64,000 nucleotides of DNA from a virus (taxonomy: Duplodnaviria > Caudoviricetes): positions 64,001 through 128,000 of IMG/VR virus record IMGVR_UViG_3300029288_000056; one strand, written 5' to 3'. The position numbers were made by a program, and so were the translations under genes. The notes beneath the pieces are model-generated. The model had not been told where the DNA came from and did no database searches. It saw only the letters and a list, made by a program, of their open reading frames with translations. Shown one piece after another: positions 59,207 to 64,000 of the stretch; positions within the stretch are counted from its first letter, which is position 1, and every line of letters starts with the position of its first letter.

Positions 59207-59627
59207 CGTTCCTCCCACATGCGTTGCAGTCAACTTCTGTGCTGTAGCTTCTATCGATCTTCTCGTAAGCTGCCCTGATTTCTGCGTCATTGATAAACTC
59301 AAGCAAGAGTTCGTCTGCGGACTCGTGAGAGTCTTCACTAAACCTATTCTTTGAGAGCCTTTTGAACTCTTTTATCAAATCCTCTTTAGTGATAGAAGGA
59401 TTTATGTATATCTTCTTGGTGGCGTATTCAATTACGTAATTCACGCCATTTATTGTGGCGAAATCCCAAAAGCCCTCGCCCCAATTATACAAGGTGTAAG
59501 ACCCGTCTGTCGCAAGATGAGTGATCTTGAGCCTCTCCACCATCGTGTCAGAGAAGTTCACTTCATCGAAGTGCTCTATACTGAATTCCTCACTTGCGTC
59601 GACTAACTTGTCTTTATTGATATACAT
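59199..59627 (-). CDS. Hypothetical protein
   Basis: SD AAGGAG; downstream of a promoter. Confidence 0.65.
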   Translation of the reverse strand: MYINKDKLVDASEEFSIEHFDEVNFSDTMVERLKITHLATDGSYTLYNWGEGFWDFATINGVNYVIEYATKKIYINPSITKEDLIKEFKRLSKNRFSEDSHESADELLLEFINDAEIRAAYEKIDRSYSTEVDCNACGRNDE

Positions 59628-59646
59628 TTCGTCTCCTTTCAATTAT

Positions 59647-59676
59647 ATTCTAACATAAAAATTAGAAAAGTCAAGC
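59647..59676 (-). promoter_or_regulatory. sigma70-like promoter (GCTTGACTTTT class)
   Basis: TTGACT-N16-TAGAAT with TG. Confidence 0.7.
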
Positions 59677-59728
59677 ATTTTCTTTCAAAAACACTAACTT
59701 TCCTAAGAATTTTGAGGCCTAAAGTTGA

Positions 59729-60529
59729 CTATTTTATTATTGTGTGGGACTTAATCCAATATCCCTGTTTTGGTTTTTCTATACCTAATTTCTTACATCT
59801 TTTTGCTATAGCTTTTCCGGTAACTCCGAATAACTCTCCAATTTTTGTAAGTGGCATTTTCCAAACCAACTCCTCAAGTTCTTCTCTAGTGGGGTTAAAT
59901 TTTCTACTAGCAACATATTTACATTTTGATGAACAATACATTGTTTTACTGCTTGTAGGTTTAAATATTTTATGACACTGCGGACACTTTATATCTTCTA
60001 ACACTATAGGTGTAGTATTGTGTATATGGTGATAATGTAGTTTGGAATGTTCACTATTGCTCATAATCATTAAGTTGCTAATCTCATTATTAAGCGTATT
60101 TCCGTCAATATGATGTACATGCTCACTCTTAGCGAGGTATCTTCCTAAATGTAGCTCCATAACCAGCCGATGAAGATAGACCGTGCTGTCACTTGCAAAT
60201 GGATGATCTGGTATATAGACAATAAGATATTCTTTTCCCTTCATAATACGGGAACAAATACCTTTGTTAGATATATCGTGAATTTCATCAAAATTGAGAA
60301 CAACTCTATTTTCCCGTTTATCTTTCATTGTTTTGCGGCGGGATTCCATCATCTTACTAACTCTCTTATCTGCCGATGTAAGGCCTTTATTCCAAGCATT
60401 ACCTTGTTGTTTAACAAAATTTGTTAAATTATCAAACGATCTACGGTTAGGGTTTAACTTACAGCGCAGTTCGTGCTGAATAAGGCTATTTTTGTTTTTA
60501 CATTCCTTCTCACAAAATTTACAATTCAT
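59729..60529 (-). CDS. HNH endonuclease with zinc fingers and a C-terminal HTH (homing type)
   Basis: HRLVME...VHHIDGNTLNN...NL...H..LH; AT-rich; next to a tRNA. Confidence 0.85.
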   Translation of the reverse strand: MNCKFCEKECKNKNSLIQHELRCKLNPNRRSFDNLTNFVKQQGNAWNKGLTSADKRVSKMMESRRKTMKDKRENRVVLNFDEIHDISNKGICSRIMKGKEYLIVYIPDHPFASDSTVYLHRLVMELHLGRYLAKSEHVHHIDGNTLNNEISNLMIMSNSEHSKLHYHHIHNTTPIVLEDIKCPQCHKIFKPTSSKTMYCSSKCKYVASRKFNPTREELEELVWKMPLTKIGELFGVTGKAIAKRCKKLGIEKPKQGYWIKSHTIIK

Positions 60530-60546
60530 TATTTCCTTCCTAATAT

Positions 60547-60620
60547 TGAGGCCGCCGGAACTCGGATCCGGAATATCCGCCTTAAAAGGGCGGTGCTTTA
60601 TCCAATTTAGCTACGGCCTC
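60547..60620 (-). tRNA. tRNA-Lys(TTT)
   Basis: CCGCC-CTTTTAA-GGCGG; T-loop TCCGAGT. Confidence 0.85.
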
Positions 60621-60623
60621 ATG

Positions 60624-60697
60624 CGAGAGAGGTGGGACTCGGACCCACATGCACCAAGTTAACGGCTTGGGGCTGTATCCAATTCAGCTACTCTCCC
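60624..60697 (-). tRNA. tRNA-Asn(GTT)
   Basis: CCAAG-CCGTTAA-CTTGG; G73; T-loop TCCGAGT. Confidence 0.8.
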
Positions 60698-60698
60698 A

Positions 60699-61076
60699 TT
60701 ATTTGTAAATATACGCTATTCTTTCCTCCAAGTTATCCACCTTAGCCATGATCTGCTTGATATACTTCAGCTCTTCGTCTACTACGGCCTTGGTGTACTC
60801 CGGGTTCTTATCCGGATATATAACCTCAGCAAAAGAGGCGGTCTGCTGAAATAGCCATTTCTTCTCGCTCTCAAAAAACCATTCAAAGTAGTCATCAAAC
60901 CATTTCCATTTTGCCATTTCCGCCTTGGCGCCTTCGACGCCTAATTCCTTATATAGGTGATTCTTGCGATAGCGAATTTCATCATACGTCGCTTGTTCTT
61001 TTCTGAGCCTCAGAATCGTGGCTATAATACAGTCAAGATCGAGGCATTTTCCTATGTCGTTTTCGTCGTATTCCAT
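60699..61076 (-). CDS. Hypothetical protein between tRNA genes
   Basis: 125-aa ORF filling the gap almost exactly. Confidence 0.65.
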   Translation of the reverse strand: MEYDENDIGKCLDLDCIIATILRLRKEQATYDEIRYRKNHLYKELGVEGAKAEMAKWKWFDDYFEWFFESEKKWLFQQTASFAEVIYPDKNPEYTKAVVDEELKYIKQIMAKVDNLEERIAYIYK

Positions 61077-61077
61077 T

Positions 61078-61151
61078 CTGACCCTGTTGGTCTTGCACCA
61101 ACCTCACCTATCCACCGCGGGTAAATAGGTACGCTCTATACGCTAGAGTCA
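61078..61151 (-). ncRNA. tRNA-like RNA with an 11-bp hairpin replacing the anticodon arm
   Basis: Acceptor TGACTCT/AGGGTCA; T-arm GTTGG-TGCAAGA-CCAAC; ACCTATTTACC-CGC-GGTGGATAGGT. Confidence 0.65.
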
Positions 61152-61155
61152 ATAT

Positions 61156-61228
61156 TGGGCACAGAAAGACTCGAACTTTCAGCTTACTGGGTGTAAACCA
61201 GTTACTCTACCAATTGAGTTATGCGCCC
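61156..61228 (-). tRNA. tRNA-Val(TAC)
   Basis: ACTGG-TTTACAC-CCAGT; TTCGAGT loop. Confidence 0.9.
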
Positions 61229-61350
61229 TCTAGCAGACCGCTCGCTTCCCACCCCGGTTTACGTTATTTTTAAAGGGAGTGACATTATACAGATAATTCT
61301 CCCACCGACTACGGGCCAAAGCCTCGTCCGTCTGCTATTTTGCTGTACAG

Positions 61351-61539
61351 CTATATGTATGCCGTTTCCGGCATAAACCAATAAGACACCAGTAACGCTA
61401 CGCCTATTCCCCAAAGAATCCAGCCCCACCACCATCGTGGTGACGATGGTGAATGCGTCCATGTAGGAATCAGCCATGTGCCTATAGCCGCGAGTAGAAA
61501 CGCGTCAGCTATGAAAGTGCTCAGTATTCGAATTGTCAT
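61351..61539 (-). CDS. Small two-TM membrane protein
   Basis: Two hydrophobic segments. Confidence 0.55.
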   Translation of the reverse strand: MTIRILSTFIADAFLLAAIGTWLIPTWTHSPSSPRWWWGWILWGIGVALLVSYWFMPETAYI

Positions 61540-61909
61540 TTTTCACCCAACCCCGTGGAAAATCCCAATCCCATTTAAAATGTAAATCAACCTTTTCAAC
61601 TCGGATGTTCATAACACCCATACCGTAATGCTCGTCATAAAACTCAACCAGTTCTCTAGCGGTGAATATAAATGATTCATGAATATCATAATCCCGACGA
61701 TATTCTGGGTATTGTTCCCAATAATGAACACTCTTTTCTGTGGCGGTTAATATATACCTTGGCCCCTTCCCTGAAATATCATTACACTTGATTTGTATAT
61801 TCCAATCATCAAGAGTAAGATTGGCGATAGCATAGCCAAGCATTAGATAACCGCTGTACTTTGCGTCCATTTCATTTCCTTTCGTTTCATTCTCAACATA
61901 ATATAACAT
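61505..61909 (-). CDS. Hypothetical protein (true start probably slightly downstream)
   Basis: ORF downstream of a promoter. Confidence 0.6.
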   Translation of the reverse strand: MLYYVENETKGNEMDAKYSGYLMLGYAIANLTLDDWNIQIKCNDISGKGPRYILTATEKSVHYWEQYPEYRRDYDIHESFIFTARELVEFYDEHYGMGVMNIRVEKVDLHFKWDWDFPRGWVKNDNSNTEHFHS

Positions 61910-61930
61910 AGATCGTCCAAAAAGTCAAGC
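61900..61930 (-). promoter_or_regulatory. sigma70-like promoter (GCTTGACTTTT class)
   Basis: TTGACT-N17-TATATT with TG. Confidence 0.7.
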
Positions 61931-61959
61931 AAAAAATTAAGGGGCTAATTAGCCCCTTT
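61931..61959 (-). terminator. Intrinsic terminator
   Basis: AAGGGGCTAATTAGCCCCTT palindrome followed by AATTTTTT at the end of the kinase gene. Confidence 0.65.
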
Positions 61960-62499
61960 AAATTCTTCCTCGATATCAAGAAAAGGGGGCGCGACAATTT
62001 CCACGCGTTTGAAATTGAAGCTGTCAAATTCTCCTAAGACGGGAAGTTCAATTTGCTTAGCCATTCTTTCACAGACTTCACGCCATTCTTCTGCACTAAG
62101 TCCACGGTCAGCCTTAAGACGGTTAGCCCAGTGGCTTTCGACGTTGGGCTCAAAGGCAATCATAACGACAGATGAGACACCGTGTTCTTGGGCAATCTTC
62201 AACCATGATCTACGGTGTAGTCTGTTGAGGTTTGTTTCGTCGACGTACACGCTGAACCCTGCCTTTAGCCAGATCTCAACCAAAGCGTCAACGCTCTTGA
62301 AGATGCAGCTCTCGTAGTTCTGCGGGCTAAAACCGTAGTCTCCAGCCTTAATCATAGTGCGGAGATCATCGGGGCAAATCACCACGAGATCGCGATATTG
62401 GTCGGCAAGACGCCGCGCCAAAGTACTCTTACCGCTGCCGGGTATTCCGACCGGGAGGTAGAGTGTTTGTTCTTTATGAAACTTTATCCATTTATCCAT
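61945..62499 (-). CDS. AAA_33/PNK-type P-loop kinase
   Basis: GIPGSGKST; CPDDLR; VDETNL; start moved to MDKW because the upstream extension lies inside tRNA-Pro. Confidence 0.85.
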   Translation of the reverse strand: MDKWIKFHKEQTLYLPVGIPGSGKSTLARRLADQYRDLVVICPDDLRTMIKAGDYGFSPQNYESCIFKSVDALVEIWLKAGFSVYVDETNLNRLHRRSWLKIAQEHGVSSVVMIAFEPNVESHWANRLKADRGLSAEEWREVCERMAKQIELPVLGEFDSFNFKRVEIVAPPFLDIEEEFKGAN

Positions 62500-62573
62500 T
62501 TGGAGTGGGGGGAATCGGACCCCCGGCCACACGCTCCCAAAGCGCGTGCTCTACCAAGCTGAGCTACACTCCA
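62500..62573 (-). tRNA. tRNA-Pro(TGG)
   Basis: CGCGC-TTTGGGA-GCGTG; T-loop TCCGATT. Confidence 0.85.
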
Positions 62574-62577
62574 ATAT

Positions 62578-62652
62578 TAGAGAGAGCAAGAGTTGAACTT
62601 GCAAAATCTCGCGTCCGAGGCGAGTGCTTTGATCCAATTAAGCTACCCCTCT
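62578..62652 (-). tRNA. tRNA with anticodon CGG (nominally Pro)
   Basis: CTCGC-CTCGGAC-GCGAG; GCAAG-TTCAACT-CTTGC; isotype identity uncertain. Confidence 0.7.
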
Positions 62653-62656
62653 GTTT

Positions 62657-62734
62657 TAGGGATGATAGGGTTCGAACCTACATCTTCCGCCTAGGGCCCT
62701 AGACGGCTACGTCTTCCATTTGCGCCACACCCCT
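62657..62734 (-). ncRNA. tRNA-like RNA with an 8-bp anticodon hairpin and a 4-nt loop
   Basis: Acceptor AGGGGTG/CATCCCT; T-arm GTAGG-TTCGAAC-CCTAT; CCGTCTAG-GGCC-CTAGGCGG. Confidence 0.7.
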
Positions 62735-63653
62735 ATTTATTGTACAATGTCGTTCTTTCCGGCACTTTTTCGTACCAATACACTAATCTCCAAAGAAAGG
62801 TTATGAAACGACGACCTCTCCGATAAAAAACTTTCACCTGCCCCGGTTCGCCCGGATGATGGAATCTGTAATCACAAAGATCCCACGATTCGTACAACTT
62901 CGTGTAGGCGCCACCATCAGGAACATCGGCGCAATTTCTGACTGCTCTATTGGCGAATCTTTTTCCCAACTTGTTACTAATACTTCTCCCTAGTGAATAG
63001 GGTGCTTTGTAACTTCTACTCATGGTTTTCTCCTTTAGTGTCGTTAATGACACGTGAGAAAACCAGACCTCCCTATGAATTTGTGCATTTTATCTCCTAG
63101 TTCATTATTGTGTACTCACTCGAGTCTTTGATCCCGCCGCAACTTCCACTCGGTTGACAGAACCCCATAACTGTGAGTTCGTACTGAGCCTTAACATACT
63201 TCTTCACGTTAGGATCTTCGCGCAAAACCTTAATCTCTTCCTCTAATTCACGTTTCCTTTTATACCAATCTTCTCGATCGTCCATCATTTATCCCCTTTT
63301 AAATTCTTCCAACTCTTTTTAAAAGCACTATTCAAATTTCTCTTAAAAGCGTCTACCCTGCCATGCTCCGCCATTTCTTGAAGTATTCTATCAGCATCAC
63401 ACTCTTGGCGGATAGCGTCACTAAACAAGTAATACACCGCTGACTTCATTTGAGACTCAGAACATGAACCTATAAGGCTTAGATAATTAGATAGGCTTCC
63501 CGTAAACTTGCTGCGGCCTCGTTCAAAGTAACGAGGAATGTGATCTATATTATCACCCATGTTGTGCACTAAAACTGCCCAACAGCCTATTGCGTATTCG
63601 ATAAGATCGTCCTTATTCCAAGTCACCATAACATAGTTCCTTCTAAAAGTCAA
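62733..63653 (-). other. Three small hypothetical genes (62733-63053, 63097-63288, 63285-63653)
   Basis: Minus-strand ORFs with SD sites. Confidence 0.55.
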
Positions 63654-63655
63654 GC
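63625..63655 (-). promoter_or_regulatory. sigma70-like promoter (GCTTGACTTTT class)
   Basis: TTGACT-N17-TATGGT with TG. Confidence 0.55.
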
Positions 63656-63667
63656 AGTTTCATAATG

Positions 63668-63738
63668 AGCGGGTAATGAGGCTCGAACTCATACCTTCAC
63701 CTTGGCAAGGTGAGATGCTGCCATTATAACATACCCGC
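63668..63738 (-). tRNA. tRNA-Gly(GCC)
   Basis: GCGGGTA/TACCCGC; TCACC-TTGCCAA-GGTGA; U73. Confidence 0.9.
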
Positions 63739-63741
63739 AAT

Positions 63742-63978
63742 TTATTCCTCCATCACACCAACAGCCGTGGACTGATATTCCCCAGACTCTTGGCGCTTTA
63801 ACAAAGGAGCTGACTCAAACTCCATTACGTCCTCAACCTCAGACCATTCTATCATGAGCTCGGAAATCGTTATATCAACAATAGGAACTCTTGCGCGTAA
63901 CTTTTCAAGGAACTTTAGCTGGTGTTCCTTCGTCTTAAAGACGTACCAGTGATAAACAAGCTCTCTTCGTACTTTCAC
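63742..63978 (-). CDS. Hypothetical protein
   Basis: SD AAGGAGG. Confidence 0.6.
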   Translation of the reverse strand: MKVRRELVYHWYVFKTKEHQLKFLEKLRARVPIVDITISELMIEWSEVEDVMEFESAPLLKRQESGEYQSTAVGVMEE

Positions 63979-64000
63979 ATTTCCTCCTTAGAAAGGTATC

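Noticed and set aside
62500-62532. N-terminal extension of kinase ORF 61945..62532
   Set aside because: It lies within tRNA-Pro(TGG); the start was reassigned to 62499.
1-64000. All plus-strand ORFs and short nested minus-strand ORFs
   Set aside because: They lie over coherent minus-strand genes or tRNAs and show no recognisable motifs.
1-64000. Alternative genetic code (stop-codon recoding)
   Set aside because: TAA, TGA and TAG all end genes that abut the next start, coding density is high under code 11, and no suppressor tRNA was seen.

Overview
This window looks like part of a large (probably jumbo-type) bacteriophage genome. Essentially all real genes are on the minus strand, tightly packed, read in standard code 11 and preceded by Shine-Dalgarno sites. 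It has two distinct parts. (1) Positions <1-46,937 hold an array of about 58 genes built from a few recurring enzyme-like modules: about 23 GNAT-like domains, about 13 ADP-ribosyltransferase-like domains of two classes, 6 HExxH zincin-like domains, 10 copies of an unassigned 'R-x-D...SY' domain, and single Nudix, ParB-like, SWIM and zeta-like kinase domains. By my manual count 44 of these otherwise unrelated proteins carry the same ~10-residue peptide, (M/A)-S/N-K-L-T-x-F-L-x(x)-A, at the N-terminus, between domains or at the C-terminus. My best inference is a virion cargo-targeting and maturation-cleavage signal on an arsenal of injected host-modifying effectors. The array also holds untagged glycosyl- and methyltransferases, a 1093-aa repeat fibre-like protein and a homing-type nuclease, and it continues past the left edge. 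(2) Positions ~47,150-64,000 hold small early-type hypothetical genes with repeated GCTTGACTTTT sigma70-like promoters, a DEDDh exonuclease, an HNH endonuclease, a P-loop kinase, 8 tRNA genes (several non-canonical) and 2 tRNA-like RNAs whose anticodon arm is a long closed hairpin. All domain calls come from motifs recognised by eye; no database search was run.
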